From: an uncultured Pelagibacteraceae bacterium
GTDB lineage: Bacteria; Pseudomonadota; Alphaproteobacteria; Pelagibacterales; AG-422-B15
Reading direction: 5' to 3'
NCBI GenBank assembly: GCA_902622985.1
Contig: CACNSH010000006.1
Span: forward strand, 4,312 to 68,311
DNA length: 64,000 nucleotides
Made by a program: the position numbers and the translations under genes. Every line of letters starts with the position of its first letter. Position 1 is the stretch's first letter. Below the pieces are notes generated by a model. It was not told the origin of the DNA, did no database searches, and was given only the letters and a program-made list of their open reading frames with translations. Positions 1 through 11,539 of the stretch are shown piece by piece.

Positions 1-471
1 TTTATTTTTTTTATCAGATGACCAATTAGCTATACTGGGCGACAGTCTTGCGAGACTCGCATTTCGATCTACCTTTGCAAGTTCTTTTGGAATTTTAGAT
101 AATTTTTTTTGACTTTCTTGATATGTTCTGTATCTGAGCATCAGATGAGGAAAATCGATATTAAATTCATGGGGCGGTACGTAAGGACATTTAGTCATAA
201 AACACATATCACATAATGTGCATTTATCTGTAACATCCTCAAAATGTTTTTTTGTTAAATCGTCAACTGACTCATTTGGGGAATCGTCAATAAAATCAAA
301 TAATGTCGGAAAACTATCACAGAGATTAAAACACCTTCGGCAACTATGACAAACCTCAAACTGTCGACGCATCTCAGCATCTAAAGCTTTTTCATCTAGA
401 TATTCATCTGAGTTCCATTCTACAATATCCCGTGTAGGAGCAGATAAACTGCCTTCTTTTTTTATATCCAT
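1..471 (-). CDS. Rubrerythrin-associated Fe-S oxidoreductase (GlpC/HdrD-like), 5' part only; runs off the window start
   Basis: Not in the ORF track. Manual translation from ATG 471 gives MDIKKEGSLSAPTRDIVEW...FEVCHSCRRCFNLCDSFPTLF...CTLCDMCFMTKCPYVPPH, with two 4Fe-4S-type Cys motifs. Lies directly downstream of rubrerythrin. Confidence 0.85.
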   Translation of the reverse strand, partial: MDIKKEGSLSAPTRDIVEWNSDEYLDEKALDAEMRRQFEVCHSCRRCFNLCDSFPTLFDFIDDSPNESVDDLTKKHFEDVTDKCTLCDMCFMTKCPYVPPHEFNIDFPHLMLRYRTYQESQKKLSKIPKELAKVDRNASLARLSPSIANWSSDKKNK

Positions 472-476
472 GATAG

Positions 477-504
477 AAAAAAGGGGCTGTTTAAGCCCCT
501 TTTT
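477..504 (-). terminator. Intrinsic terminator hairpin after rubrerythrin
   Basis: aaaaaaggggct-gttta-agcccctttt: GGGGCT/AGCCCC stem flanked by A and T runs, immediately after the rbr stop codon. Confidence 0.8.
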
Positions 505-506
505 AA

Positions 507-926
507 TTAATCGATTGAATCTAATGTTTTTTGGAATTTGCCTGCGTGAGACTTTTCAGCTTTAGCCAATGTTTCAAACCAATCAGCTATTTCGTCAAAA
601 CCCTCTTCTCGTGCAGTCTTCGCCATGCCTGGATACATATCAGTGTACTCGTGAGTTTCTCCAGCTATAGCAGCTTTCAGATTATCCTCAGTTGAACCAA
701 TTGGTTCTCCTGTTGCAGGATCACCTACTTCTTCCATAAACTCTAAATGTCCATGAGCGTGTCCTGTTTCACCTTCTGCAGTTGATCTAAATACAGCCGC
801 TACGTCATTGTGACCTTCTACATCTGCTTTTTGTGCAAAATATAAATATCTTCTGTTCGCTTGGCTCTCACCTGCAAAAGCTGCTTTTAGGTTATCCAAA
901 GTTTTACTATCTTTTAATTCAGTCAT
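507..926 (-). CDS. rbr: Rubrerythrin (short aerobic type, no rubredoxin domain)
   Basis: [43 protein letters not shown] and EKSHA di-iron motifs; AAGGAG RBS. Confidence 0.93.
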   Translation of the reverse strand: MTELKDSKTLDNLKAAFAGESQANRRYLYFAQKADVEGHNDVAAVFRSTAEGETGHAHGHLEFMEEVGDPATGEPIGSTEDNLKAAIAGETHEYTDMYPGMAKTAREEGFDEIADWFETLAKAEKSHAGKFQKTLDSID

Positions 927-952
927 CTGTCTCTCCTTAATAAGTTAGTGTA

Positions 953-980
953 AAGATATAATTGATTTGAAAAAAGTCAA
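953..980 (-). promoter_or_regulatory. Putative sigma70 promoter of rbr
   Basis: Minus strand TTGACT (980-975), 16-nt spacer, TATCTT (958-953). Confidence 0.5.
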
Positions 981-983
981 TAC

Positions 984-1000
984 ATTAGAATCGTTCTAAA
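984..1000. promoter_or_regulatory. Irr-binding iron control element (ICE)
   Basis: ATTAGAATCGTTCTAAA; the reverse strand TTTAGAACGATTCTAAT matches the ICE consensus TTTRGAAYNRTTCYAAA with one mismatch. Lies between irr and rbr. Confidence 0.8.
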
Positions 1001-1002
1001 CT

Positions 1003-1021
1003 GATATTGAGAATTATTATC
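1003..1021. promoter_or_regulatory. Fur-box-like site
   Basis: GATATTGAGAATTATTATC matches GATAATGATAATCATTATC at 16/19 positions; contains the 7-1-7 core TGAGAAT-T-ATTATCA. Confidence 0.55.
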
Positions 1022-1023
1022 AA

Positions 1024-1416
1024 TTAATTATCTAAGTGAACTAGAACTTCTATCTTATTAATTTTTTTATTTTTTGGAGGTTTTGGAAGGCCACTAACTT
1101 TCATGTCTACATTAATATCAATCAATTTTTGATCCTTTTTAGAATAAAAGTGGTGATGATGCTCAGTGTTAGTATCAAAATAAATACGTTCAGAATTGAT
1201 CATTAGTTTTTTTAAAAGACCTTTTTCGTAAAAGTCGTGAAGGGTATTATAAATTGTTGCAAGAGATATCCCTGCTTTCATCTTCAAAAGTTTATTTGAT
1301 AGAGTTTCAGCTGTTACATGCTTATTTACACCGTCGAACAAATAATTTGCTATAATCACTCTTTGCTTAGTTGGTCTTAGTGAGTTTTGTCTCAAAAAAT
1401 GCTTGATATCTTTCAT
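1024..1416 (-). CDS. irr: Iron response regulator Irr (Fur family)
   Basis: LRPTKQR, HVTAE, SLATIYNTLH and YFDTNTEHHHHFY (Irr-type HHH motif); divergent from fabA as in other alphaproteobacteria. Confidence 0.85.
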   Translation of the reverse strand: MKDIKHFLRQNSLRPTKQRVIIANYLFDGVNKHVTAETLSNKLLKMKAGISLATIYNTLHDFYEKGLLKKLMINSERIYFDTNTEHHHHFYSKKDQKLIDINVDMKVSGLPKPPKNKKINKIEVLVHLDN

Positions 1417-1507
1417 AAATTTATTTTTATTAAAATTTAATATATTTTACAATAATAATACATTAGTCTTATAAATCTCATATAAAACAATAAGATAGAT
1501 AAACCTT

Positions 1508-2008
1508 GTGGAAAAAAAATCAAGCTTTACAAAAGAAGATCTTTTAGATTGCGCTCACGGAACAATGTTTGGTATTGGAAATGCAAGGCTTCCGCTTCCA
1601 CCAATGTTAATGTTTGATAGAATAACAAAAATTACTGACAGTAGTGGTAAATTTGGCAAAGGTGAAATTGTTGCTCAATTGGACGTAACACCAGACCTGT
1701 GGTTTTTCGATTGTCATTTTGAAATGGATCCTGTGATGCCAGGTTGTCTTGGATTGGATGCAATGTGGCAACTAGTTGGATTCTATTTGGGATGGATTGG
1801 TGAACCGGGACGCGGCAGAGCGCTAGGTTCAGGTAATGTAAAGTTTGGTGGTGAAATTTTAAAGGACTCTAAATTAGTTGAATATAAAATTGATATGAAA
1901 AAAATAATCAAGAGAGGTGTTATTGTTGGGGTGGGTGATGGCATTGTAGAAGTAGATGGAAAACAAATATATTCAGCTGAAAGTTTAAAGGTAGGACTTA
2001 TTAAATAA
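1508..2008 (+). CDS. fabA: 3-hydroxyacyl-ACP dehydratase/isomerase FabA
   Basis: [12 protein letters not shown] and [28 protein letters not shown] start. Confidence 0.96.
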   Translation: MEKKSSFTKEDLLDCAHGTMFGIGNARLPLPPMLMFDRITKITDSSGKFGKGEIVAQLDVTPDLWFFDCHFEMDPVMPGCLGLDAMWQLVGFYLGWIGEPGRGRALGSGNVKFGGEILKDSKLVEYKIDMKKIIKRGVIVGVGDGIVEVDGKQIYSAESLKVGLIK

Positions 2009-3219
2009 TGAGAAGAGTTGTAATTACAGGTCTTGGAATCGTTTCATCTCTGGGAAATAATAAAGATGAAGTCAAAACGTCACTATACAATGCTTCGTCT
2101 GGTATTTCTTTTGATCAGTCACAAAAAGAAATGGGTTTCAGAAGTCAAGTAAGTGGACAGATAGATCTTAATTTAGAGGAGACTATTGATAGAAAATTCC
2201 TTCGATTTATGGGAGATGGAGCAAGTTATAATTATATTGCTATGAATGAAGCCATTGAGGATTCTGATCTTAATGACGATGAAATATCTAATAATATGAC
2301 AGGTTTAATTATGGGATCTGGTGGACCGTCTACCAAAAGCTTACTAAGAGCATTTGACATCACTCGAGAAAAAGGTCCAAAAAAAATTGGTCCTACAAGT
2401 GTTCCTAAAGTGATGTGCAGTACAAACTCAGCAACTTTATCAACGTATTTTAAAATTAAAGGTATTAATTATTCAATAAGCTCGGCATGCTCTACTAGTG
2501 CTCATTGTATAGGTAATGCCTATGAAATCATACAAATGGGAAAGCAGGACCGTATATTTGCTGGGGGTGGTGAGGAATTAGATTGGACTTTGTCAGCACT
2601 TTTTGATGCTATGCCAGCTTTATCCTCAAAATATAATGATCAACCCTCAAAATCTTCCAGAGCTTTTGATAAACACCGTGACGGTTTTGTTATTGCTGGT
2701 GGAGGTGGGGTAGTCGTTTTGGAAGATTTAGATACAGCAGTAAAAAGAAATGCAAAGATATATGCTGAAATAGTCGGTTATGGAGCTACTTCAGATGGCC
2801 ATGACATGGTACAGCCCTCTGGGGAAGGTGCTGAAAGATGCATGATCATGGCAAAAAAAGATATTGAAAAAATTGATTACATTAATGCTCATGGAACATC
2901 AACACCTGTAGGAGATATTGCTGAATTAAAGGCAATAAAAAAAGTATTTAAAGATGATTTGCCTCTTATCAGTTCTACAAAATCTTTGAGTGGACATTCC
3001 TTAGGCGCAGCAGGCGTTCATGAGTCGATTTACACTTTATTAATGATGAATAATAATTTTGTTTCAGAGTCTGCTAATATTGAGGAGTTGGATGAAGAAG
3101 CAAATGGAATGAACATTCTAACTTCACGTCATGATGAAAAAATTGATACCGCAATGAGTAATAGCTTTGGATTTGGCGGCACAAATGCGTCATTAGTGTT
3201 TAAGAGGTTTGAAGGATGA
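2008..3219 (+). CDS. fabB: Beta-ketoacyl-ACP synthase I
   Basis: [43 protein letters not shown]. Confidence 0.96.
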   Translation: MRRVVITGLGIVSSLGNNKDEVKTSLYNASSGISFDQSQKEMGFRSQVSGQIDLNLEETIDRKFLRFMGDGASYNYIAMNEAIEDSDLNDDEISNNMTGLIMGSGGPSTKSLLRAFDITREKGPKKIGPTSVPKVMCSTNSATLSTYFKIKGINYSISSACSTSAHCIGNAYEIIQMGKQDRIFAGGGEELDWTLSALFDAMPALSSKYNDQPSKSSRAFDKHRDGFVIAGGGGVVVLEDLDTAVKRNAKIYAEIVGYGATSDGHDMVQPSGEGAERCMIMAKKDIEKIDYINAHGTSTPVGDIAELKAIKKVFKDDLPLISSTKSLSGHSLGAAGVHESIYTLLMMNNNFVSESANIEELDEEANGMNILTSRHDEKIDTAMSNSFGFGGTNASLVFKRFEG

Positions 3220-3995
3220 GTCTGCTGCGTGGAAAAAAAGGGGTGGTTATGGGTGTTGCTAATGACCACTCTATTGCTTGGGGAATTTCAAAAAAATTAT
3301 CTGATGAAGGTGCTGAACTTTGTTTTACTTATCAGGGAGAATCCTTACATCGAAGAGTGAAGCCATTAGCAAATTCAATTAAAAGTAACTTTTTGATCGA
3401 ATGTGACGTATTAAAAGAAGGATCAGTAAAAAAATCATTTGATGAAATTGGAAATCATTGGGATGAAATTGACTTTGTATTACATTCAATAGCATTTTCT
3501 GAAAAAGAAGAATTAAAAGGAAAGTATTTGAATACATCACGCAATAACTTTTCAAATACTATGCTTATTTCATGTTTTTCTTTTACGGAAGTAGCTCACG
3601 AAGCTGAAAAACTAATGAAAAATGGTGGTTCTCTTCTAACGCTTACTTATGATGGATCTCAAAAATATATTCGGAACTACAACGTAATGGGTGTTGCAAA
3701 AGCTGCTCTTGAGTCCAGTGTAAGATATTTAGCTGCTGATCTTGGCCCTTCAAACATTCGGGTCAATGCATTATCAGCAGGACCAATGAAAACACTTGCT
3801 ATGGCTGGTATTTCTGGCGGTAAAGACATGATGAAGTGGTCTGAAAAAAATTCTTTAATGAATAGAAATATTGATTTAGAGGATGTTGGAAAATCAGGCC
3901 TGTACTTATTAAGTGATTTGTCTTCCGGCGTAACAGGTGAAACACATTACGTTGACTGTGGCTATAATATTGTAGGGGTTCCCAAAGAAATTTAG
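3216..3995 (+). CDS. fabI: Enoyl-ACP reductase FabI
   Basis: [12 protein letters not shown] and [12 protein letters not shown]. Confidence 0.95.
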   Translation: MSLLRGKKGVVMGVANDHSIAWGISKKLSDEGAELCFTYQGESLHRRVKPLANSIKSNFLIECDVLKEGSVKKSFDEIGNHWDEIDFVLHSIAFSEKEELKGKYLNTSRNNFSNTMLISCFSFTEVAHEAEKLMKNGGSLLTLTYDGSQKYIRNYNVMGVAKAALESSVRYLAADLGPSNIRVNALSAGPMKTLAMAGISGGKDMMKWSEKNSLMNRNIDLEDVGKSGLYLLSDLSSGVTGETHYVDCGYNIVGVPKEI

Positions 3996-5443
3996 TTTTT
4001 TTCTGTTAAAAGAGAAAACTGTTTTGATATATTTCCTTTTTCACGATCAATCAAACTTGTGGGGTACTCACCTGTAAAGCAATGATCAGTAAATTGAGGT
4101 TTGTCAGGATTTCTATTCTCATAACCCATAGCTCTATAAGTACCCTCTAATGATAAGAAAAATAATGATTTAGATCCAATAGTCTTACTAATCTCATCAA
4201 TACTATTTTTTGATGCGATAAGTTCATTATAGTCTGGAGTATCTATACCATAAAAATCAGGATGTTTTATCGGAGGACATGCTATACCCAAATGTACTTC
4301 TTTTGCACCTGCATCATAAATCATTTTAATAATTTTCTTAGCAGTAGTTCCTCTCACAATTGAGTCATCAATTAAAACAATTTTTTTATTTTGAATGTAG
4401 GATAAATTAGCATTGTGTTTAAGTTTTACCCCAAATTGTCTAATACTTTGGGATGGCTCAATAAATGTTCTTCCAACATAATGGTTTCTAATTATACCAA
4501 GTTCAAATGGCATGCTTGACTGCTGAGCGTAACCAAGAGCGGCTGGAACCCCCGAGTCAGGAACAGGTACAACTGTATCTGCATCGACATTATGTTCTTT
4601 TGCTAATTCTATTCCAAGATTTTTTCTATAAGAATAAACTGTATTACCTCCTAACATACTGTCGGGTCGAGAAAAATAAATTCTCTCGAAGATACATGGT
4701 CTTTCATCAACTTTTGGGAATGGTTTAATGCTTTCCATTCCTTTTTCTGAGATTATTATTATTTCTCCATTTCCGATTTCTCTTACAAATTTTGCACCAA
4801 TAATATCGAGAGCACATGTTTCTGATGCTAAAACTGGAGCTCCATTTAAATCACCTAGAACTAAGGGTCTTATTCCATAGGGATCTCTGACACCAATAAG
4901 TTTCTTATTTGTAAGAATGACAAGTGAATAGGCTCCATGAATTTGAAATAAAGCATCTATAAGTTTATCAACTATTTGTTTTCGTTCAGACTGCGCTACT
5001 AATTGTAAAATTGTCTCAGTATCAGACGTTGATTGAAAAATTGATCCTCGACTAACAAGTTTTTCTCTCAAAGCTGAAGCATTTGTGAGATTTCCATTAT
5101 GAGCGCATGCAAAGCCACCTGACATTAAATCTGCATACAATGGCTGTATATTTTTTAAAATTGAGTCACCAGTTGTAGAATATCGAACGTGCCCAATAGC
5201 ATTGCTTCCCTTCAGCCTATTTATTACTTCTTGTTTATTAAAGTGGTCTCCAACAAGTCCTGGTCTTCTAACACCATGAAACTTTTCTCCATCAAATGAA
5301 ACAATTCCTGCGCCTTCTTGGCCACGATGTTGAAGGGCATGCAATCCTAAAGCTGTAAGTGTAGAAGCATCTGGACTTCCAAATATACCGAATACCCCGC
5401 ATTCTTCATGAAGTTTATCTTCTGAAGTGTTGATGTATTCCAT
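3992..5443 (-). CDS. purF: Amidophosphoribosyltransferase
   Basis: EECGVFG, LQHRGQE, GHVRYST, LIDDSIVRGTT. Confidence 0.97.
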   Translation of the reverse strand: MEYINTSEDKLHEECGVFGIFGSPDASTLTALGLHALQHRGQEGAGIVSFDGEKFHGVRRPGLVGDHFNKQEVINRLKGSNAIGHVRYSTTGDSILKNIQPLYADLMSGGFACAHNGNLTNASALREKLVSRGSIFQSTSDTETILQLVAQSERKQIVDKLIDALFQIHGAYSLVILTNKKLIGVRDPYGIRPLVLGDLNGAPVLASETCALDIIGAKFVREIGNGEIIIISEKGMESIKPFPKVDERPCIFERIYFSRPDSMLGGNTVYSYRKNLGIELAKEHNVDADTVVPVPDSGVPAALGYAQQSSMPFELGIIRNHYVGRTFIEPSQSIRQFGVKLKHNANLSYIQNKKIVLIDDSIVRGTTAKKIIKMIYDAGAKEVHLGIACPPIKHPDFYGIDTPDYNELIASKNSIDEISKTIGSKSLFFLSLEGTYRAMGYENRNPDKPQFTDHCFTGEYPTSLIDREKGNISKQFSLLTEKN

Positions 5444-5458
5444 TAATGAAACCTTTGT

Positions 5459-7528
5459 TTAGATTTCAGCATCCTTTATTGATAATTTAACCTTACCTTT
5501 ATCAAAACCGATTACTTTGACTTTTACTATATCACCTTCACTTACAACGTCAGTAACTTTTTCAACTCTCTCTTCAGATAATTGTGAAATGTGAACAAGG
5601 CCGTCTCTTTTTCCAAAGAAATTAACAAATGCTCCAAATTCCATTATTTTAACAACCTTACCCTCGTATACTTCACCAACTTCAGGTTCTTCGATAATTG
5701 AGTTTATTAAATCAATTGCAGCCTGGATTGACTCATTATTAGTTCCAGCTATTTTTATATTACCACTGTCGCTTATATCAATTTTTGCACCAGATTTGTC
5801 GATAATATCTTTTATAGTTGCTCCCCCTTTTCCAATGATCTCGCCTATATTATCCCTTTTGACCTTCATCATCTCAATTCTTGGTGTGTATGGTCCAAGC
5901 TCAGTTCTCGGAGAATCAATTGCTTTATTCATTTCATTTAATATGTAATCTCTTCCACCTTTTGCTTGGTCCAAAGCTTTTTCCATAATCTCATAGGTAA
6001 TTCCGGTAATTTTAATATCCATTTGTAATGATGTTACACCTTCTTTTGTACCAGCTACTTTGAAATCCATATCACCTAAATGATCTTCATCTCCGAGAAT
6101 GTCTGATAATACAGCAAATTCATCGCCTTCTTTTATTAATCCCATTGCTATGCCTGAGACAGAATTTTTAATCGGAACCCCGGCATCCATCAATGCAAGA
6201 GAAGATCCACAAACAGTAGCCATAGATGATGATCCGTTAGACTCTGTAATGTCAGATACCAATCGGATTGTGTAATCAAAATCATCTTTATTTGGCAATA
6301 CAGCTTTCAGGGCTCTCCAAGCTAATTTACCATGGCCTATTTCTCTTCTTCCGGCTGAACCCATTCTACCAACTTCTCCAACGGAATATGGTGGAAAATT
6401 ATAATGAAGCATAAAATTCTCTTTGTAAGAGCCTTGAAGCGCTTCTATTCTTTGCTCATCTTCACCGAATCCAAGAGTTGCCACAACAATTGCTTGTGTT
6501 TCACCTCTTGTAAACAATGATGAACCATGTGTTCTTGGCAGCCAAGAAACTTCTGAAGATATATTTCTTACTTCATCAAGTTTACGCCCGTCGATTCTGG
6601 ATTTATCTTTCAAGATTTGAGATCTGACTACATTTTTTTCAATTTTTTTAAAATATGTCATTACTTCATTGATATTTTGATCTTCATTATCAGTGTATTT
6701 TTCCTCTAAAGCAGATTTGATTTCGTTTAAAGAATTTTGCCTTTCGATCTTATCAACGATTGTATAACTTTTTCTGATTTGAGCTTCATATTCACTCTTC
6801 AACTCATTCATAAGCTCATCATTAACATTGTACTCAAATTCCCATGGATCTTTGGCACACTCCTCTGCAAGATTAATAATTGTTTTAATAACCTCTTGCA
6901 TTGACTCGTGACCAAATTTAACTGCGCCTAACATGACTTCCTCAGATAGTTCTTTTGCTTCAGACTCTACCATCAAGACTGCTTCTTGAGTTCCCGATAC
7001 TACAAGATCTAATTGAGTCTCCTCATTAATTTTTGGATTTAGTATGAAGTTTTTTCCATTGTAACCAACTCTACATCCACCGATTGGTCCCATAAATGGT
7101 ATGCCTGATAAAGTTAAAGCACTTGATGCAGCGATCATTGCAACAATGTCTGGATTTGTCTCAGTATCGTGAGATAATACAGTTAATATTACTTGAGTTT
7201 CGTTTTTAAATCCCTCAGGAAATAAGGGCCTTATAGGCCTATCAATTAAACGTGATGTTAAAGTTTCAAATTCTGTTGGTCTTCCTTCACGTTTAAAAAA
7301 ACCACCGGGAATTTTACCCGCTGCGTAAAATTTTTCTTGATAACTTACAGTGAGTGGGAAAAAATCTATGTCAGGTTTAGCAGTCTTTGCTGCTACAACA
7401 TTAGCCATGACAATTGTATCTCCATAACTAACTATGGTTGAAGCTGTTGCCTGTTTTGCTACCTTTCCTGTTTCTATTTTTAATATTTGGTCTCCCCAAT
7501 TCATTTCTCTTGAAATAACTTTTGTCAT
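5459..7528 (-). CDS. pnp: Polyribonucleotide nucleotidyltransferase (PNPase)
   Basis: [26 protein letters not shown] and [12 protein letters not shown], followed by KH and S1 domains. Confidence 0.98.
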   Translation of the reverse strand: MTKVISREMNWGDQILKIETGKVAKQATASTIVSYGDTIVMANVVAAKTAKPDIDFFPLTVSYQEKFYAAGKIPGGFFKREGRPTEFETLTSRLIDRPIRPLFPEGFKNETQVILTVLSHDTETNPDIVAMIAASSALTLSGIPFMGPIGGCRVGYNGKNFILNPKINEETQLDLVVSGTQEAVLMVESEAKELSEEVMLGAVKFGHESMQEVIKTIINLAEECAKDPWEFEYNVNDELMNELKSEYEAQIRKSYTIVDKIERQNSLNEIKSALEEKYTDNEDQNINEVMTYFKKIEKNVVRSQILKDKSRIDGRKLDEVRNISSEVSWLPRTHGSSLFTRGETQAIVVATLGFGEDEQRIEALQGSYKENFMLHYNFPPYSVGEVGRMGSAGRREIGHGKLAWRALKAVLPNKDDFDYTIRLVSDITESNGSSSMATVCGSSLALMDAGVPIKNSVSGIAMGLIKEGDEFAVLSDILGDEDHLGDMDFKVAGTKEGVTSLQMDIKITGITYEIMEKALDQAKGGRDYILNEMNKAIDSPRTELGPYTPRIEMMKVKRDNIGEIIGKGGATIKDIIDKSGAKIDISDSGNIKIAGTNNESIQAAIDLINSIIEEPEVGEVYEGKVVKIMEFGAFVNFFGKRDGLVHISQLSEERVEKVTDVVSEGDIVKVKVIGFDKGKVKLSIKDAEI

Positions 7529-7566
7529 ATTTTTTCGTTCCTCTAAAAATTTTAATTATCATTGCT

Positions 7567-7836
7567 TTATTTTCTAATACCGAGTTTATCTATTAATTTC
7601 TCGTAAGAATCTTTATTATTTTTTTTTAAGTAAGCCAGCAAACTTCGCCTTTGATTTATTAATCGCATAAGGCCAGTTCTTGAGTGGTTGTCTTTTTTGT
7701 GAGATTGAAAATGCTCTGTTAAGTTAGATATTCTCTCACTAAGTATTGCTATTTGTACCTCTGGAGAACCTGTATCTTTTTCAGACCTTGCATATTCATC
7801 TATTATTTTAGTCTTTTTTTCTCTGTTTATCGACAT
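7567..7836 (-). CDS. rpsO: 30S ribosomal protein S15
   Basis: [12 protein letters not shown] and [14 protein letters not shown] at 7836 (in-frame GTG at 7839). Confidence 0.97.
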   Translation of the reverse strand: MSINREKKTKIIDEYARSEKDTGSPEVQIAILSERISNLTEHFQSHKKDNHSRTGLMRLINQRRSLLAYLKKNNKDSYEKLIDKLGIRK

Positions 7837-7847
7837 CACATTCCCTC

Positions 7848-8720
7848 TTATAAGTTAAAAACCCTCACAGGCTTTATTTTACCATCTACAGCTTTGCCTA
7901 TCCCAACAAATGTTTTATCTGTTTCAATTAATAAATAATCATTCACTGATTTTTTATTAGAGTATTCAAAGCTTAGACCATTTCGAAATTTAAGGCTTAA
8001 TTCTTGATTGATCAGTACTGCTGGGATGTCGTCCAGTACATCTCTAATTGAACGCATTACTTCAAAATGATGGCCAATATGTACTAATTCTTCAAATTTA
8101 TCTAGTAAAATAATATCTTTTTCTTCAATTTTGCCAATTTTCACTCTTCTCAGCTCTGAAACATGGGCAAATGTTCCAAGCATTTTTCCCAAATCTCTCG
8201 CGATTGCTCTTACATAAGTTCCTGAAGAGCATTCCAAAGTAAAACAGTGCTCACGGTTATTTTTTATTTCTTCACGCCTTAAAGACTTTATAAACACTTC
8301 TTTGGATCGAATTGAAAATTTTTGATTACTTCTTGCTAACTTATAAGCCCTTGTACCATTAACTTTAACTGCAGAATATTGAGGAGGTATCTGGATATGC
8401 TTGCCAATAAATTTTTTTAAACATTTATCTATTTGTTCTTTAGTTGGAATAATTTTTGACTTTTCAATTGTTGTTCCAGTTATGTCGTCAGTATCTTTTG
8501 ACTCGCCAAAAACTACATTAAACTTATATGATTTATTTTGATTAAAATAATGAATGCTTTTAGTTGCTTCGCCAATAGCAATTGCGAGTATACCTGTTGC
8601 AAAAGGATCTAAAGTACCTGCATGACCAATTTTTTTAATGTCTAAAATTTTTCTAAGTCTTTGTATTACTTTGAATGAGGTAATATTTTTTGGTTTATCT
8701 ATAAATACCCAACCGTCCAT
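7848..8720 (-). CDS. truB: tRNA pseudouridine(55) synthase
   Basis: [30 protein letters not shown]. Confidence 0.96.
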   Translation of the reverse strand: MDGWVFIDKPKNITSFKVIQRLRKILDIKKIGHAGTLDPFATGILAIAIGEATKSIHYFNQNKSYKFNVVFGESKDTDDITGTTIEKSKIIPTKEQIDKCLKKFIGKHIQIPPQYSAVKVNGTRAYKLARSNQKFSIRSKEVFIKSLRREEIKNNREHCFTLECSSGTYVRAIARDLGKMLGTFAHVSELRRVKIGKIEEKDIILLDKFEELVHIGHHFEVMRSIRDVLDDIPAVLINQELSLKFRNGLSFEYSNKKSVNDYLLIETDKTFVGIGKAVDGKIKPVRVFNL

Positions 8721-8723
8721 ATG

Positions 8724-9113
8724 TTAGTTTTTATTTAGATCATTTAAAACTTTTTCTTTTCTAAGTACTTTTTCAATATTACTAATTTCATCAATACTTC
8801 TATCAATTCTAAAAACAAGTTTAGGAGAGAACTTTAAATTTATTAAACTTGTCACTTCTCTTGATAGAAAATGTTTGCATGAATTTAATTTTAGAATAAT
8901 TTCATTTTCTTCAATTTCTTGATGAGTAATTACATAAATATATGCAATTTTAAGATCTGAATTCATATCAACTTTAACTACACTTATCGGGAACTTGAAC
9001 GGTGTATCCAGTGGCATTTCATTTCTTACTAGAACTTCACTAATAGCTTTTCTGATAATTTCAGAAACTTTTTGTGATCTACTAGTCTTCTCAGTTTTTC
9101 TTTTTAAGATCAC
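8724..9113 (-). CDS. rbfA: Ribosome-binding factor A
   Basis: DMNSDLKIAYIYV and LKFSPKLVFRID; lies between infB and truB. Confidence 0.88.
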   Translation of the reverse strand: MILKRKTEKTSRSQKVSEIIRKAISEVLVRNEMPLDTPFKFPISVVKVDMNSDLKIAYIYVITHQEIEENEIILKLNSCKHFLSREVTSLINLKFSPKLVFRIDRSIDEISNIEKVLRKEKVLNDLNKN

Positions 9114-11518
9114 AATGTTTGTGCAATTTCCTCAACACTAAAAGCCTCAATAAAATCCCCTACCTCAAAGTCATTAAATTCTTTTACACTTATTCCACAT
9201 TCAGTTCCTGATTTTACCTCATTAGCCTCATTTTTTTCTCTTTTAAGGCTCATAATATCACCATCAAAAATTGTTTTCTGATTTCTTATTACTTTAACTT
9301 TAGCATTTTTACTAAACGAACCTTCTATTACTCTACAACCTGCAATTGCGCCAATCTTTGAGACTTTAAATATTTGTAGTACTTCTGCTTTTCCAATAAA
9401 ATTTTCCTTTATTGTAGGTTTCAATTTACCACTAGCGAAGTCTGATACAAATTCAATAAGTTCATAAATTATATTAAAGTTTTGAATTGTAATATTACTT
9501 AACTTTGCTTTAGCCTTAGCTTCTTTTGTCGCGGTAGAGTTAAATGATAATAATAATGCGTTTGAAGCTGATGCAAGAGCAACATCACTCTCATTAATAA
9601 ATCCAACGCCTGAGTGAATAACTTTTATGACTATTTTGTCACTCTTTATATTTTCTAATTGATGAATTATGGCCTCAGATGACCCGCGTGTGTCAGCTTT
9701 TATAACAACTTCTAGCATCTCCTTATTAGTTTCTAAAGATCCAAAAGCTGAATCATTATCAAGATTTTTTATTTTTTTTGGTAAAATTTTATTCTTTTTA
9801 ATTTGACTTCTAATTTCACATAACTCTCTCGCTTTATCATCACTTTCTACGGTTACAAAACTGTCTCCGGCCTCTGGTGGTTCATTAAGACCCAATACTT
9901 GAACAGGCATGGATGATACTGCTTCCACTAAATTTTGACCTTTGTCATTGAGAATGGCTCTTACTTTTCCATATTCACTTCCAGCAACAGCTATATCACC
10001 TACTTTTAGTTTGCCATTTGTTACAATAATATTACAAAGAGGACCCCTTCCTTTATCAACATTTGCTTCAATTACAGTTGCTTCAGCAAAAGTTTCATTA
10101 TTTGTTTTCAGCTCTGAAAGTTCAGCTTGTAGCACAATAGCATCTAATAATTTATTGATGTTAGTTCCAGTTTCTGCAGATACTTCAACTGCCTGAATCT
10201 CTCCTGATAACTCTTCAACAATTAAGTCTTCAGATAAAAGTTGTTCTTTTATTTTTTGTGGATTGGATTCTGGTTTATCGCATTTATTTATTGCAACAAT
10301 TATAGGTACTTTAGCTGATTTTGCGTGAGATATAGCTTCTTTAGTTTGAGGCATAACACCGTCATCTGCGGCTACTATTAATACTACAATATCTGTAACG
10401 TTAGCTCCTCTTGCTCTCATATCAGTAAAAGCTGCGTGTCCGGGGGTATCAATAAATGTAATTTTTTTACTATTATGTTCTACTTCATATGCACCAATAT
10501 GTTGTGTAATGCCACCACTTTCACCTAAAACGACATTAGAATTTCTAATCTTATCTAGTAGTGATGTTTTTCCGTGATCAACATGACCCATTATTGTCAC
10601 AATTGGTGATCTAGTCTCATTTTTTTCTGCTTTAGTATCTTTTGATATGAGGTCTTTTTCTATGTCTTCAATATTCTCCCTTTTGAAGTTATGACCAAAT
10701 TCCGTAACTAAAAGTTCCGCTGTATCAGCATCGATTGACTCATTTATTGTAGCCATCATACCCATTTTCATAAGTGACTTTATTAGATCACCTGACTTTT
10801 CTGTCATTCTATTCGCCAGCTCTTTAACTGTTATAAACTCCGGTATATAAACATCTCTTACTATTTTTTTAGCAGGCTCTTGCTCAACGAGCGATTTTTT
10901 TGTTTTTTGCTTAGCACGCTTATAAGCGGCAAGACTTCTTGTTCTTTCGTCGATATCACTTAGGGCGGTTACAATAGTTACTTTTCTCTCTCTAATCTTT
11001 TTACGCCCAAAAGTGTTTTGAGGTTTTTTTTTATCTTCAATATGAGAACTAATGTCCGTATTTTTTTTCTTGTCAGTCTCTTTTCTGATTTCTCTACTAT
11101 CATAATTATCAAGTTTTGCGCTATCAGATTCTTCAAGAATTTTATTTTGTATTGTTTTTAGACTATCTTGCTTTCCTGATCTAATTTTTTCAATCTCATC
11201 TCTTTTTTCTTTCTTGCTATCAGCTCTTAAAATTCTTTTTTGCTCATCTTTTGATAAAGGCTTAAGTAAAACTCCAGACTTATTTTGATTACTACTTTTT
11301 TCATTTATTTGCGACGTAGCCTTATCAGGTAAACTTGTTTCTTTAAAATCAGATTTTTGATTTTGAGTTTCTGAGTAAGAACCTCTTTTATATCTTTTCT
11401 TCTCAACGATTACAGTCTTGCCTGCTTCTATATTTTTCTTGGGAGCAATTAAAGGCTTGGTACCTAATTTTAAACTTAGAGTTTTTTTCTTTTGGGTTTT
11501 ATCTTTACTATCTGTCAT
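9110..11518 (-). CDS. infB: Translation initiation factor IF-2
   Basis: [26 protein letters not shown]-terminal GTECG. Confidence 0.98.
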   Translation of the reverse strand: MTDSKDKTQKKKTLSLKLGTKPLIAPKKNIEAGKTVIVEKKRYKRGSYSETQNQKSDFKETSLPDKATSQINEKSSNQNKSGVLLKPLSKDEQKRILRADSKKEKRDEIEKIRSGKQDSLKTIQNKILEESDSAKLDNYDSREIRKETDKKKNTDISSHIEDKKKPQNTFGRKKIRERKVTIVTALSDIDERTRSLAAYKRAKQKTKKSLVEQEPAKKIVRDVYIPEFITVKELANRMTEKSGDLIKSLMKMGMMATINESIDADTAELLVTEFGHNFKRENIEDIEKDLISKDTKAEKNETRSPIVTIMGHVDHGKTSLLDKIRNSNVVLGESGGITQHIGAYEVEHNSKKITFIDTPGHAAFTDMRARGANVTDIVVLIVAADDGVMPQTKEAISHAKSAKVPIIVAINKCDKPESNPQKIKEQLLSEDLIVEELSGEIQAVEVSAETGTNINKLLDAIVLQAELSELKTNNETFAEATVIEANVDKGRGPLCNIIVTNGKLKVGDIAVAGSEYGKVRAILNDKGQNLVEAVSSMPVQVLGLNEPPEAGDSFVTVESDDKARELCEIRSQIKKNKILPKKIKNLDNDSAFGSLETNKEMLEVVIKADTRGSSEAIIHQLENIKSDKIVIKVIHSGVGFINESDVALASASNALLLSFNSTATKEAKAKAKLSNITIQNFNIIYELIEFVSDFASGKLKPTIKENFIGKAEVLQIFKVSKIGAIAGCRVIEGSFSKNAKVKVIRNQKTIFDGDIMSLKREKNEANEVKSGTECGISVKEFNDFEVGDFIEAFSVEEIAQTL

Positions 11519-11539
11519 TTTAAAAATGAGTAAATATGA

